Shown here: one piece after another, positions 1-11,832 of the stretch
How positions within the stretch are numbered: position 1 is the first letter of the stretch
Layout of the letters: every line of letters starts with the position of its first letter
Assembly: GCA_002269645.1 (NCBI GenBank)
Contig: NIVC01002828.1
Span: 1-43,870, forward strand
Origin: Macrostomum lignano
Lineage: Eukaryota
Reading direction: 5' to 3'
Length of the DNA: 43,870 nucleotides
The notes under the pieces: generated by a model
Told to the model about the DNA's origin: nothing
What the model saw: the letters and a program-made list of their open reading frames with translations, nothing else
The model's database searches: none
Position numbers and translations under genes: made by a program

Positions 1-58
1 AATGAGTGAGATCATGAAAAAAGTGCGCGAGGATCGACAGGAGCTGGTCCCCGCCCAG

Positions 59-213
59 GCTGCCGTCGGCTACTTGGCCAGAACTGCGACAACTCGTGCC
101 TAATTCACTGCTCCGAGTTCCTGGAGATCTACAAGCGACCTTTCGACGTCAAGCTTGCATCGGATTACGTTTGGCCGCTATTCAGCAACATGTTCTCTTA
201 TACAGAGTCTTGA
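59..213 (+). CDS. Possible terminal coding exon of an upstream gene (CRRLLGQNCDNSCLIHCSEFLEIYKRPFDVKLASDYVWPLFSNMFSYTES*), product unknown
   Basis: GT at 6 and CAG acceptor at 56-58 give a 53-nt intron. Frame is open to TGA 211-213, GC-rich like the neighbouring gene and followed by AT-rich DNA. No homology recognised. Confidence 0.3.
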
Positions 214-721
214 CTTGCTTGATTTTCTTTTTGCTGCTTAGAGCAAAGCTTAAGAAGTGCTTCAGAAGTTTACTAATCTGAGCAAAATTTAAGATAAAAA
301 TTCAATTAAGGCAGATGAGGTTTTGTGAACTTTTTTTGTAAATAGGGGTATGTATAGTGAGTTATTGATTATTTTACTATACATAAATTATATGGATGAA
401 GATGCGAGTAGTTTTATTTAGGAATTAAGAATTTCTCAATAATCCAACCTAGTAGTTTTGATGTCACAATTTGATTTGACTGAGAAAAGCTAAATGTACC
501 ACTAAACCATTGTAACTGTGCCCACTAACTTTTTATGCTTTTTGATAAATTGGAAAGTGACATTTTTCATTTGATTCTCGTTTTTATTTCATTTCAATTA
601 CATTAGTTTTATAGTCTTTGTGTTCAAATAGTACTTTGTTTATCAGCTAGTCTGAGGCTGGAAACTTCACACTCCATCACGAACCTTTGAGCATTGATTT
701 TCTGGCTTATTGCATGCACTA

Positions 722-3700
722 ATGTCGGACCAGGAGGCTGCGGAGACGCCCAAGCAGGCGGAGCCGGCTGAAGCTTCAACTCCCGCACCGGCCACCCCCG
801 CACCCGTCACGACGCTGCAGACTCCGAAATCCGCCAGAGACGACGCCAAATCCGTGGCCAGCGCCCGCTCGGGCAAGTCGCAGCCCCGCAGCGGCCGCTC
901 GGTCGGCTCCGGCGGCAACAAAAGCCAGCGCAGCGACAAATCACCAAAGAAGTCGCCATCAAAGAAGAAGGCGGCCGCGGTGCACACGCCAGCTACGCCG
1001 GCGTCGCAGGCGGAACCTTCGCCAGAGGGCTGCGTGCCAATCTTCCTGCCGGAGCCGACGCAAAAAATTGTCGGCCTGGCCGTGCCAGAGGGCGAGGAGC
1101 CGCCACAGTCGCCGATGCATTTTGTGCCAAAGCAGGTGCGTGAATCAAGCCAGAGGTTTGATGTCCGACAGGAATTTGCGGCTTGTTTTAATTTGCATAC
1201 AAACGAATTGATTTTTGCCTTCAGGTGATCATGGACGACATTCAAAACCGAGCGGCCGTGAGCGAGTTCAAAGAGCACCTGAAGACTCTCAACGAGATCG
1301 AGACTGAAGACATCCTGCTGGTTGCCGATCCCGATTGGAAGTACGGCGCAAACTTTCTAATGGTTGTCACCGAGGAGGCTCGCGCAGAGATGCTTGCTGA
1401 GCACACAGGAGAAGAGGAGAAAGAGGAAGAGCATGTGGTTCTCGGTGAGTCTGTCTCCAATTTGCTGTTGCACTCATTGCCCCATAACTTAACTTGGATG
1501 CATTTCACAATGTGATGAAAAACCGCATTAATCCAATTCAGGCTACGTGCCGCCCCAGCCTCGGGACTGGATTCCCCAGGGCAGCGACCGTGAGATTCGC
1601 GAGGCCTCGGTCTCCAACAGCCGGCCGCAGTTCCGCCTGACCTACCAGCGCCGAAGGCGCGACTTCGGCGCCCCTGTCAGCCTCGCCGATCGCAACGTGG
1701 TAGATGCGGCGCCCTCCAAGTTGGTGAAGAACCAGTTCATCGATGTCCAGGCGCTGGAGGATGCCAACAGGTCGACAACGGACATTCCGATCACGGAGAA
1801 GGACCAGGATGTTCAAGTGGCCCCATCAAGCGACTCTGCAGCCGTGCAAACTTTCTGGGGCAACCCGAAGAACGCCTTTACGCAGTACGAGGCTCGCCAG
1901 CTCAGCCAGGCAGAGCGGGAGGCGCAGCTGGAGCTGCCGGAGCTCATCGAAGCTGGACGAAGAACGGCGCCGCTGTTCGAGCAGTCGCTGCAGCAGAACG
2001 AAATCATGAACTGCTTCTATGACGACTACACAAATCTCGGTGGCGACGGCATCCTCTTCTCTAAGACCGACAACACATTCAAGGAGTTCCAGACCTTCAC
2101 CGATCTGGAGCACTCGCGCGAGAAGGCTGTTAGCCACATCGCCTGGCACCCGACACTCAAAGGCATCGTGGCGGTCAGCACGCGCGAGCGATACGACTTT
2201 GACGGCATGGTGGACCACTCGGCTAAAATCGTGCTTAAGACGTCCGTCATCGTTGTCTGGAGCTTTGCTGATCCAATTCAACCGCAGCTGTTCCTGGAGG
2301 CTCCAGAGGATGTTCTTTGCTTTGAGTTCTGCCCATCGGATCCGAATATTATTGTCGGTGAGTGACGCTTTGCAGTTTTGAGACCAACGTTAAAGCTCAA
2401 ACACTCTCTTAAGCATCCTCTGTATTATTGATACGAATACCTATACAGGTGGCTGCATCAACGGCCAGATTGTCCTGTGGGATCTGTCCCAGCATATGGA
2501 CAGATTGAAAAGTACCAAAGCCAAAGGCCGTAGCAAGAAGGTGAGCAACATGCTCACCGAGTTCGTGAAGACCGACTCGATTCCGACGATCCGGTACGCA
2601 GCGGCCAGCAGCATCGAGCTGGGCCACCAGGCCCCCGTCACCGACATCATGTGGGTGCCGGACCACTTCGAGATCCAGAAGGTTACAGGCTACGCTCTGG
2701 AAGCCAAGGAGTTAAAAAATGTGCAGATAATCTCCTGCGCCACGGACGAGACCATCTACATCTGGGATCTGCGCTCCGCTAAGAGCAACAATCCGGTGTT
2801 CAAGCGTGAGGAGGACCGCTGCCCAATGGGAGTGCCCGACACTTTCTGGCATCTGCACCTCAAATGGAAGCCCTTCCTCAGCGTCAACCTGTTTAAGTCG
2901 GAGCCCGGTGGCAATCACAATCCCGTCAAGGTGTCCATGAAGGAGATGCAGGGCGACAGGTCGGTGCTGACCAAGGAGGATCCGGAGGGCAAGGACCCAA
3001 CCAGCACCAACCGCGGCGACTTCACCATGCCGGGAGGCCCGAAGCCGACCAAGCAGAGGATGTTGCAAAAGGTCAGCACCTTCCTCTATGTCGGCACGGA
3101 GGACGGCGAGCTGGTCTACGTGGACTGGATGCCGCAGAAGGATCAGGACACGGGCAAGTCGCAGACACCCAAACCCGTGTTCTATTCGACAATGCACGAC
3201 AGCTCCATCAAGCACTTGTCAAGGTAATTTCAATGAGAATAATTGTTAAACTTCTAAGCCAACTCATTATTGCGTGTAATTAATTGTGTCGTAGATGTAA
3301 TCCTGGGCTCAAATACTCGAATCACAAAACCACCTGCTAGACAGCCGTTGGATTAAATATGACCAAAAACCTTAGTACCAAATTTATTTAAAAAAACGTC
3401 GGAACCCTGCAGATCGTCATTCGACCGCAGCCTAGTGCTGTGCGTTGGCGGTTGGCTGTGGACTCTGTGGAAGGAGGGAGTGAACTCCGGACCCATCCTC
3501 TACTCGCAAAAGTCGCCAAAGCCGCTAACGGGCGGCTGCTGGAGTCCCACGAGGCCATCCGTGTTCTTCATCACTAGGGCAGACGGATCGGTTGAAGTCT
3601 GGGACTTGCTGGGTGAGTTACCGCGAATGGCTGTTGCCTGTTTTCGGTAGAAGAGTAGGTTGCAGTTAGGCTTTATAGGACAGTCGACTCGCAGTCAGCA

Positions 3701-4530
3701 AGGAGGCGAGCAGTCTTGCCCATTCCGCTCACCCTTGAGAACACACGCACACGGATTCGTACGCATTTGCGAATTTTGCTTTTAAATTTTTAAATCCAAC
3801 TAAATGCATGTTTTTTTAAATACAATCAGCAACCGTTGTTAACTGCTGTCCAGTTTAAGTTTACTAAAGAAGGTCAATTTTTTAACCTACTGGTCACAGG
3901 TTAGTAAGGGCACTCCACTGAAACTGATAGAGCAGTCGAATTTTGCATATAGAAGCCAATAATAGCTAGAACACACCTATTTTTCCGTTCATTAGGCGGC
4001 ATATATTACATTTTAGCAAGCTCGTTTAATTTTGCTTTCGCATGATTCATAGCCTCTTCATGTCGCTCCCGTCTGAAACCTGCTCCGCAGACAAAACCCA
4101 CGAGCCGGTGCTGGTGCAGAACATCTCCGCTAACGCGCTCACCTACTGTACCGTGTGGAACATCAGCCACAAGAGGCAGCTACTCATTGTTGGCGACACG
4201 CAGGGCACGGCGCACGCACACAAGGTGCCGTTCACCCTGCACACCCCCATGGCCGGCGAGGCGCCCAGCATCGAGGCCTACTACAAGCGCGAGATTCAAC
4301 GACGCGCCTTCGTCATGGGCCGCTGGGACTACCGCGAGCACGAGAAGATCGAGCTGGAGGCCAAGGCCAAGCGCGAGGCGGGCATCGCCCCGGCGGTCGA
4401 GCTGACGCCGGAGGAACGCCTGCTGAAGATGCAGAAGAAGTACGAGGCCTACCTGGCCGAGGAGATGACCTTCTTGCGCGAGCTCGGACTCAAGGATGAC
4501 GATGACGAGCCTCTGCCGGCGGTTGAGTAG
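722..4530 (+). CDS. DNAI3: Dynein axonemal intermediate chain 3 / WDR63-like WD40 protein; join(722..1135,1225..1444,1542..2357,2449..3223,3413..3612,4091..4530), 954 aa
   Basis: Five GT-AG introns (89, 97, 91, 189, 478 nt) splice phase-consistently into 2865 nt. Recognisable WDR63-type segments: GYVPPQPRDW, FTDLEHSREKAVSHIAWHP, LFLEAPEDVLCFEFCPSDPNIIVGGCINGQIVLWD, VGTEDGELVYVDW, LCVGGWLWTLWKEG, WSPTRPSVFFITRADGSVEVWDLLDKTHEP. Confidence 0.9.
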
Positions 4531-4902
4531 CTGCTTTGGTCCTGTTGACCCAATTATTGATTTTTCTATGTTTATTAGTGAACACTTTTCGATTAATTTT
4601 ACAGATTCCGACTGAATTCTTCATGCCCTGTTTGCACCCAAATGTTTTTGACTAAGTTAAAAAGTTACTGAAGTAAAATACACCAATCTTTGCTAATTGT
4701 CTGCACTGTTTTTTATTTTATGCGAGAATGGATATTTAGCGTGAGACGCCAATGAATTTATTCTTTAATTTAATTTTTTTCTGAATGATTTTATTTCAAC
4801 TTTGTCTACCCAGTAGGATGCAAAACCCACGTTTTCGACCACAAATAAGAATGCTTTGCTGAAGCTCATGTGTTGATAACAAAGCGTAGTGAGGGTCCCT
4901 CT

Positions 4903-5216
4903 CATGGAGGAAAGAATAGAATGGAGTGCTAATCTGAGCCAGTTATTTTTATCTCGCTCGATTTTCGCTTTTAACATCCCTTTCCCCCCGTTCCTTCCTA
5001 TTAACTGAAAGCATATTTTGATGCGAGCTCATACTATGCTGGGACAGACCTTTCAGAGGGGAACGAAAACGAAAACGAGACGAAAGATACTTTGTCTATG
5101 GCAGTCACGAGCCAATAGGAAAGAACGGGGGGGGGAAAGGGATGTTAAAAGTTAAGATCGAGCGAGATAAAAATAACTGGCTCAGATTAGCAATCCATTC
5201 TATTCTTTCCTCCATG
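4903..5216. mobile_element. Non-autonomous TIR element (P-element-like MITE), 314 bp
   Basis: About 95-bp inverted repeats starting CATGGAGGAAAGAATAG. Perfect 8-bp TSD GTCCCTCT at 4895-4902 and 5217-5224. CAT termini with an 8-bp TSD fit P (hAT not excluded). Confidence 0.8.
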
Positions 5217-6205
5217 GTCCCTCTTACTTTCCAACTGGAACCAGTGACAACCATTTCCAAAAACTTTTTACAATTACCATAGACAGCGACAGTTTAAGTA
5301 CAGTTTGATTGGTTCAAGAATAAAATAGTCTATGGTCGCAAGTGGGAGCCTCAATGAATTTCTCAGTGGTAGTGTGCTTCGGTATAAATGTCTATAGTAC
5401 AATACCAATAAAACAAGCATGCATCCATTAACAAGTCTATGGGCCAGAGCCTCGAGCTTGGCTCCCGCGTGCAGGCCGGTGGGTCGAGACGCAAGGAAAA
5501 TAATGCCTGAACTGAAGGAAGCAACGGCCAGAATGCATAGTTTTCGTTTAGCAAAGCAAAAGGCTAACGGCTGCTTCATTCGCCACTGGTAAGTTTAAAG
5601 CAATGTTGCTAGTATTAGCAATGAAATGTGAAAGTTTGTAAGCTAAGCTAAGCTAAACAAGGTGCTTCAACAAGTCAAGTGTAGGTTAGGTTCAAAAGTT
5701 AGGTTATTTGAAAAAATATTTTTTTCGAAAATCTTTTCGAAAGATTTCGAGAGTAACACGATTTTTCATGTTTTGTTATTCTGTTTTTATGGCAAACCGT
5801 AGATAAAAAGTTATGCCATTTTAAATCCTCATTTTTCAATCAATGTTTATTTGCACGGAAGGAAAATGAAAACTTTGAACAAAAATGTGGGCCTGGATAA
5901 AACTGGTTGATAGTGGCATGGTACGTTGCATTTGTGTATTTTTTATGCACAGGGTCGAATCAACTGTCATATACTCAGAAGGTTTCGCACAGTTGTCGCC
6001 AGACGATCTCCGCGTGCACGTAGCTCGAGGGGAAGGTCACATTTGCGTTTCGGAACGTCTCAATATTAGGCCGTATGAATAAAGTGAGCATTTGCATAAA
6101 CTCGACCGAATTCTCGATTCAGTATGAATAAAATGAGCACTTACTCACGAATAAATGCTCCAAGGTTTTTTCTATTAAGTTAATGGTCGACTGTTGAGTA
6201 TCTAC

Positions 6206-6297
6206 CATGGAGGAAAGAATAGGATGGAGTGCTAATCTGAGCCAGTTATTTTCTCGCTCGATCTTCACTTTTAGCATCCCTTCCCCCCCCCCGTTCT
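6206..6297 (+). mobile_element. Left terminus of a second copy of the CATGGAGG MITE family
   Basis: Near-identical to 4903-4998. Confidence 0.7.
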
Positions 6298-6630
6298 TCA
6301 TGATGTCAGTCTTTGCTTTGAGTTGACCCTTGATACACTCGTATTTTCCAGCTTCTTAAAGATATTCTTGGCGTAGGACTGCTTCCCTGCCTTGCTTAAA
6401 TCATCTTGGATTGCCACTACGGCTTTGTTCTTCTCTTCTACTACGCAAAGGGTCTTCCCCTTATCCAGCAAACAGGGATGCTTTACGACAAAACTTACAA
6501 AGCACTTGCTTGGACTCAGAGTAATTGCTCAGCTTTGAGCTGTTACTCCTGAGTTTTTGCTCATTTTATTCATACGGGCTCATAAGGATAGCCTTCAAAA
6601 ATGGCAGAATTCATGCCCGGAAGGGCCCAG

Positions 6631-7423
6631 GGGGTGTTTCATAGACCGCTTGTCAGAGTTACAAGTGCGACAAGTGAGCAGTAAGTAGCGGTTTCCGTTT
6701 CATAGAATTACAAGTGACAAGTGACAAGTTCTGACAAGTGACAAGTGAGTAGTGACAATTGCTAGTTACAAGCGGTTTGTTTCATAGACATTGCTTCTTA
6801 AAGAGTGAGCAGCGTTTGATTTTCGACAAGCTTAAGTAGTCCCGCGAGATTTGTCAAACTTGTAGCTATCAGATTTCGCTTCGCATGGCAACATGTTCGA
6901 TTCTGATTCGGACTCTTTGGACGAAGCTATTGGCCACATTGCATTGGCAAAGAGACCAGAATGTTTAAACCACGAATAAACTTTCAATTTGAGGATCGAA
7001 TTGATTCAATTCCTTCGTAATTATAGAGGAAAACTCTCCAAACACGCCTTTCTCTCGTTAAGCAGACGGAGTATGGCGTTTTTGTTTTCAACCGTGAGAG
7101 GCATTCTTACGCTTGCTATAAGTGGGCCAAACGTGTAAGATAGACTCTATGCCAAAGATTAAATATAATAAATATTGATAAATATCGTCTTTCCTCTATA
7201 CAGAACTAGATCATATCCAGGGTCCAACGGGAGTCGGCTGTGGCTGCGCCTGGGACGGACTTGATGTTTGGCCCATAGATATTTAGTTCACTACTCAGTC
7301 AGCTTGTAACTTGTCACTGGATTTACTCATACTCGTACAAATCAGTCTATGACACAAAAATCTGTAGCACTTGTAATTTTTTAACTTGTCACTTGTGGCT
7401 TGTCAAATCAATGAAACACCCCC
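6631..7423 (+). mobile_element. Non-autonomous PIF/Harbinger derivative with a frameshifted transposase N-terminal stub
   Basis: TIRs GGGGTGTTTCAT / ATGAAACACCCC, flanked by CAG and CTG. ACAAG-rich subterminal repeats. Stub MFDSDSDSLDEA...RMFKPRINF near 6892-7000 resembles the start of the 19839 transposase. Confidence 0.7.
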
Positions 7424-7754
7424 CTGGGGAGTGTTTCATATAATTTACAAGTTACAAGCTACAAGCTACAAGTTTAATAGCTACAAGCTACAAGTTTAAT
7501 AGCTACAAGTTTAATAGCTACAAGTTTAATAGCTACAAGCTACAAGTTTAATAGCTACAAGTTTAATAGCTACAAGCTACAAGTTTAATAGCTACAAGTT
7601 TAATAGCTACAAGCTACAAGTTTAATAGCTACAAGTTTAATAGCTACAAGCTACAAGTTTAATAGCTACAAGTTTAATAGCTACAAGCTACAAGTTTAAT
7701 AGCTACAAGTTTAATAGCTACAAGCTACGAGCTACAAGCAAAAGTGTTACACAA
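7203..7754 (+). repeat. Direct repeat copy 1 (552 bp) of segment repeated at 11035-11512
   Basis: Runs GAACTAGATCATATCC...AAAGTGTTACACAA. Appears identical to copy 2 apart from minisatellite length. Confidence 0.9.
7445..7740. repeat. Minisatellite of AGCTACA and AGTTTAAT units (15/22-bp units, 37-bp higher-order period)
   Basis: 14 TTTAAT-containing units counted. Confidence 0.95.
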
Positions 7755-7765
7755 AGTCTTTTCGC

Positions 7766-10700
7766 CCCAGTGAGCTTTGGGGTTGGAATTTTATAATACC
7801 TAGTGTTGTATCGATTATTTAAAGACTTTCAAGGCATTATTAACGCTGATGCTCCTAATATTTTGCGTCGTGTCATACATAAAGTTAGCCTAATAGATAA
7901 AGTAGGGCGAGAGTTGTAAAATGTCTCTAACGTCAAATGATTTATAGGAAGGGAATTAGGGATGTCGATTCCCCAGGGAATTATCTTATCGGGGACCCCG
8001 GTGAAAAGAAAAAATAAGTTAAAACAGCGGATCACTTAGATTGTAAGTGGAATTTTTTAAACTTTGATTTTAGCTTTGTACTACATGTTCAAGGCGCAGG
8101 GGTAAAAATTTTAAACAATGTTTTTTTAAACTGTATTTGACAATGTGGCATCACGAAATCGTGCGCGCACCTTTATCGGAAAAGTGCATTTGTTGGAATG
8201 CATGCTAAACAGCTACGCTCGTGAGAGGATAATTAATGAATGAGACTGTTTTTATAATCGGAATTTTATTTCTTGCATATATATGTAAATCACCATTTTG
8301 TCCTTGTCTAATAGGGAGTATATGTATGACACCCCCCTATGCGTCAGTGCCTGACGCATGACGCAGCGCTGCGCCTGCGTCAAGCCGTCAACGCAGACCA
8401 ACACAGCAGTCACTAGTCAGTAAGGCTTCTTTTTCCTGACGGGTTTCTTTTCTACGTGCAATTTGCTTGATTGAATGACTTATTAGTGAAAAAACAATCA
8501 AACGTGTATTGTGTTTCAAATACATGTAATGCATTGAAATAAGCAATTATGCGGTAAAAGAGCATAGACAGAGTTTCAATCAGCTTTCTGTGAATCAGTT
8601 TCTTATTTTAATGGCAAAAATTAAGTTACAAATGCATTTTTTCATATTTTTTCTCCCCAGGGTCCCCGGTTAAATTCCCCGGAGAGTATTCCCCGACAAG
8701 CTCCCCGGGGAGCACTCCCGGGGTCAACATCCCTAGAAGGGAAACTACGAGCATAAGTTCTGCAACACATATACAAGTAGCTAAGCATTAATAGACGCAC
8801 TGCACCGATAAAATGTAATGGAATTGCTCGAATCACCGACACCAAGACCCATAAAACTGGAGAAACTGGCAGGATATAGTAGATACATGTAGGTCAGAAT
8901 CAGAAGTGATCATGGGTGGGTGGGTCAAGTGATCATGGGTTCGACCTCGATTGTATTATTCCTTCTTAATCTTATGCAATTAATTGTAAATTAGGTATGA
9001 TATGAAGTAACAGTAATTATCCTTGACCATGCTAGAGTAAAGACAAGTCAAAGTCAAGTTAATAAAAATAGACACACAGTGTAACAATAACAATGGTTTT
9101 TAGAGCCATTTTTCTTGTCTGTGTTTGTCTTTGTACATACATGTACATTTGGGAAGACTTATCTGGACCCAATCCCTTCTTATTCTACATGTACGCTGTT
9201 TTGGGTATGGGGGTTAGAGTTGGGCCGTCTGACACCCCCCTCCCCCCCCCCTACCATAGTGGACTGGAGAGAAAGAAGCACATGCTATCGCTATTGGCTA
9301 GCCTGTCGTTCTCTTTCTCTTTACCTTCTGTCTTGTGTAGCGTACACTATCCAATGCACAAGGCCCAACTTTCCACTAAAGGAAGGTTCATATAGTCCGC
9401 CCATGGGCTTCCTCTTGCTTTCGCGTACACTCAAGGCCACTCACTCTCAACACCAGCCACTAGAGGCTTGTTTTAAATAATCGATCGATAATATTAAATG
9501 TACACTTGAAAGCTTGCTTTGGATCCTAGCAGAAGGGGGAGAAAGTGGCCAAGGCCACCACACCCCACAAGGCAGGCAGGCCGGCCCGAGTGCGATAACG
9601 AATGACAAAAAAATAGAAAAGTACAATTTACACATCAACTTTCAATACAATAAATACAATAATAGGTGCGGTATTAATGACAGTGTATTTTCGCACAAAG
9701 TAGCTACGTTCAAACCACCAGCACGTAAACAGCTAAAATTTCACTGTTTATGAAATTTTATAAAATTTAACACATCATTTTAGATATTGAAAACTTTTAA
9801 AGGAGGGTATTACTGTTGCATGTGACTATAAAATCGTGGTAGGTATAGCTGATGATGAAACTGGTGATTGGTATCTAGCTTTTTTGATAACTTAGCCGGT
9901 TAGACCCCGAAATAGCTATTGTAATTTGTAACGCTGGAGCCAAATACAAATACAATGGAGCAATTAGTTTCTCTCAAATCTGTCTCTGCCAGTGCCAGTT
10001 TAGTCCATAGTAAGTAACCAAAGTAAAATACCCATTAGTGGTCCCGTTTCTAATGTTTATAAATATTAAGCTTCAGTTTACTTTTGGCACAGTATGCAAT
10101 TTTGAAAATTCACCCTAATAACGGTTTGCACCAGCAGGAAAGCAACTATTTTGTTGTTGGAAATCGGATTAAGCAGTCAAAAGAGTGTATTTCTATGAAA
10201 AAAGGTACTTTTTTTCCATTTTTTCAAATATTTAAACAGGTTTCGCTCTTTCAATAAAAAAATCATCGCAGTACCTTAAAGTACAGTTAGTTTGGAATTA
10301 GATGACGGCGTTGAATTGTTTCTTCCATATTCCAAAAATTATAATGAGCACTTTTCCTCAAATCAGTTTGAGATCATGATTTTTAGTCTTTCGTCGATAA
10401 CTTTCTGATTTCAAATGTTTAAGAATTGAAAACTTCCACACTTGTGTATCTTTGAATTGCGCATCAATTGGTGCATAGTATGTATGCTTAACTATTAGCA
10501 GTATAGAAAAAAATGCAAAAAACTGTAAAAGTACATTTTCAATTTTTGCATTTTTTGCAACCAAAGTGCCAACTTTTTGATACAATTGAAAAAAACAACC
10601 CAATAATGTTATGCATCTTAGTAAGGCGCACCTATAACCCTCGAACATTTTTAGCTCGAGTTTTAATGTGCATGAGGAAATGCACTTTTGTAAAGACATA

Positions 10701-11035
10701 ATCTTAAGACAAACATTTCAACTGAAGCCTGTTCCTTTTCTCCGCAGTGAATCCATACAAAACTATACTCGTTAAATAGATCAGATTCTTCTCTTTAAAA
10801 TGACACCTCACTTGTGAAATTCGCACTTGTAGTTTTGAAGTTACAGCAGTTTTTGTGAGATTTTTCTTGTCATTTTTTCGATGCACACGTCTCATATTAT
10901 TATATTCGTCACAAGCCAGACCACCCAATGCGCTTCGCGCATTGGCTGGCTGTTTGTTCCTCATGCTCGGCACTTTGTGCCTCGCGCGTTCGCTCCGCTC
11001 ACCCCACAAACCCAAGGGAACTAGAGCTCACTGGG
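7766..11035. mobile_element. Putative non-coding TIR element with CCCAG termini (CMC/EnSpm-like)
   Basis: Perfect 11-bp inverted repeat CCCAGTGAGCT (7766-7776) / AGCTCACTGGG (11025-11035). No matching 2-bp TSD and no transposase. Confidence 0.45.
7957..8735. mobile_element. hAT-like MITE
   Basis: TIRs TAGGGATGTCGA / TCAACATCCCTA. 8-bp GAAGGGAA at 7948-7955 (one extra T before the TIR) and at 8736-8743. CCCCGGG subterminal repeats. Confidence 0.7.
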
Positions 11036-11512
11036 AACTAGATCATATCCAGGGTCCAACGGGAGTCGGCTGTGGCTGCGCCTGGGACGGACTTGATGTT
11101 TGGCCCATAGATATTTAGTTCACTACTCAGTCAGCTTGTAACTTGTCACTGGATTTACTCATACTCGTACAAATCAGTCTATGACACAAAAATCTGTAGC
11201 ACTTGTAATTTTTTAACTTGTCACTTGTGGCTTGTCAAATCAATGAAACACCCCCCTGGGGAGTGTTTCATATAATTTACAAGTTACAAGCTACAAGCTA
11301 CAAGTTTAATAGCTACAAGCTACAAGTTTAATAGCTACAAGTTTAATAGCTACAAGTTTAATAGCTACAAGCTACAAGTTTAATAGCTACAAGTTTAATA
11401 GCTACAAGCTACAAGTTTAATAGCTACAAGTTTAATAGCTACAAGCTACAAGTTTAATAGCTACAAGTTTAATAGCTACAAGCTACGAGCTACAAGCAAA
11501 AGTGTTACACAA
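11035..11512 (+). repeat. Direct repeat copy 2 (478 bp), including a minisatellite at about 11279-11497
   Basis: 10 TTTAAT units, 74 bp (2 x 37) shorter than copy 1. Confidence 0.9.
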
Positions 11513-11832
11513 CACTGCTTGTAGATTTCAGCCAAGAATCGTACAAGTTTGACAAGCTTGTAACTATTCACTTCATCGTCTATGGTAAAAAACTTACCTC
11601 TTTGGGGTGGTAGAGAGAACGACTCGAAGCTAAAAACAAAACTCATTATCATATAGACTATCGTTTTTTAATGCATTTTTTAATGAAGCTGTTAAGTCAC
11701 GATAAATTGCCATAGATTATGAGCGAGAAATTCACTGTTTTTATTCATGTAAGCAACAAGAACTTTAACAGGAAACAGATCGAGGATATAGCAAAGCAAA
11801 CGAATACCAAAGTACGAGCTATATATTCTTTG

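Noticed and set aside
667-4499. Many overlapping ORFs such as 667..1278(-), 1826..2281(-), 2712..3215(-), 4155..4499(+)
   Set aside because: Shadow frames of GC-rich DNAI3 exons with no independent signals.
6298-6600. Possible minus-strand coding remnant (KHPCLLDKGKTLCVVEEKNKAVVAIQDD)
   Set aside because: Short, frameshifted and no recognisable family.
7445-7740. Regular repeat array as a CRISPR
   Set aside because: No unique spacers, eukaryotic context and no cas genes.
9795-10281. Kolobok-like TTAA-flanked element
   Set aside because: The candidate ends (AGGAGGG versus GGTACTG) do not match as TIRs.
10358-11118. AT-rich ORFs 10358..10699 and 10704..11015
   Set aside because: Non-ATG or compositionally biased, no motifs, inside non-coding repeat DNA.
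7203-11512. Direct repeats as LTRs of a non-autonomous retroelement
   Set aside because: No TG..CA ends, PBS or PPT. The repeats contain a Harbinger TIR junction and are continuous with flanking elements.
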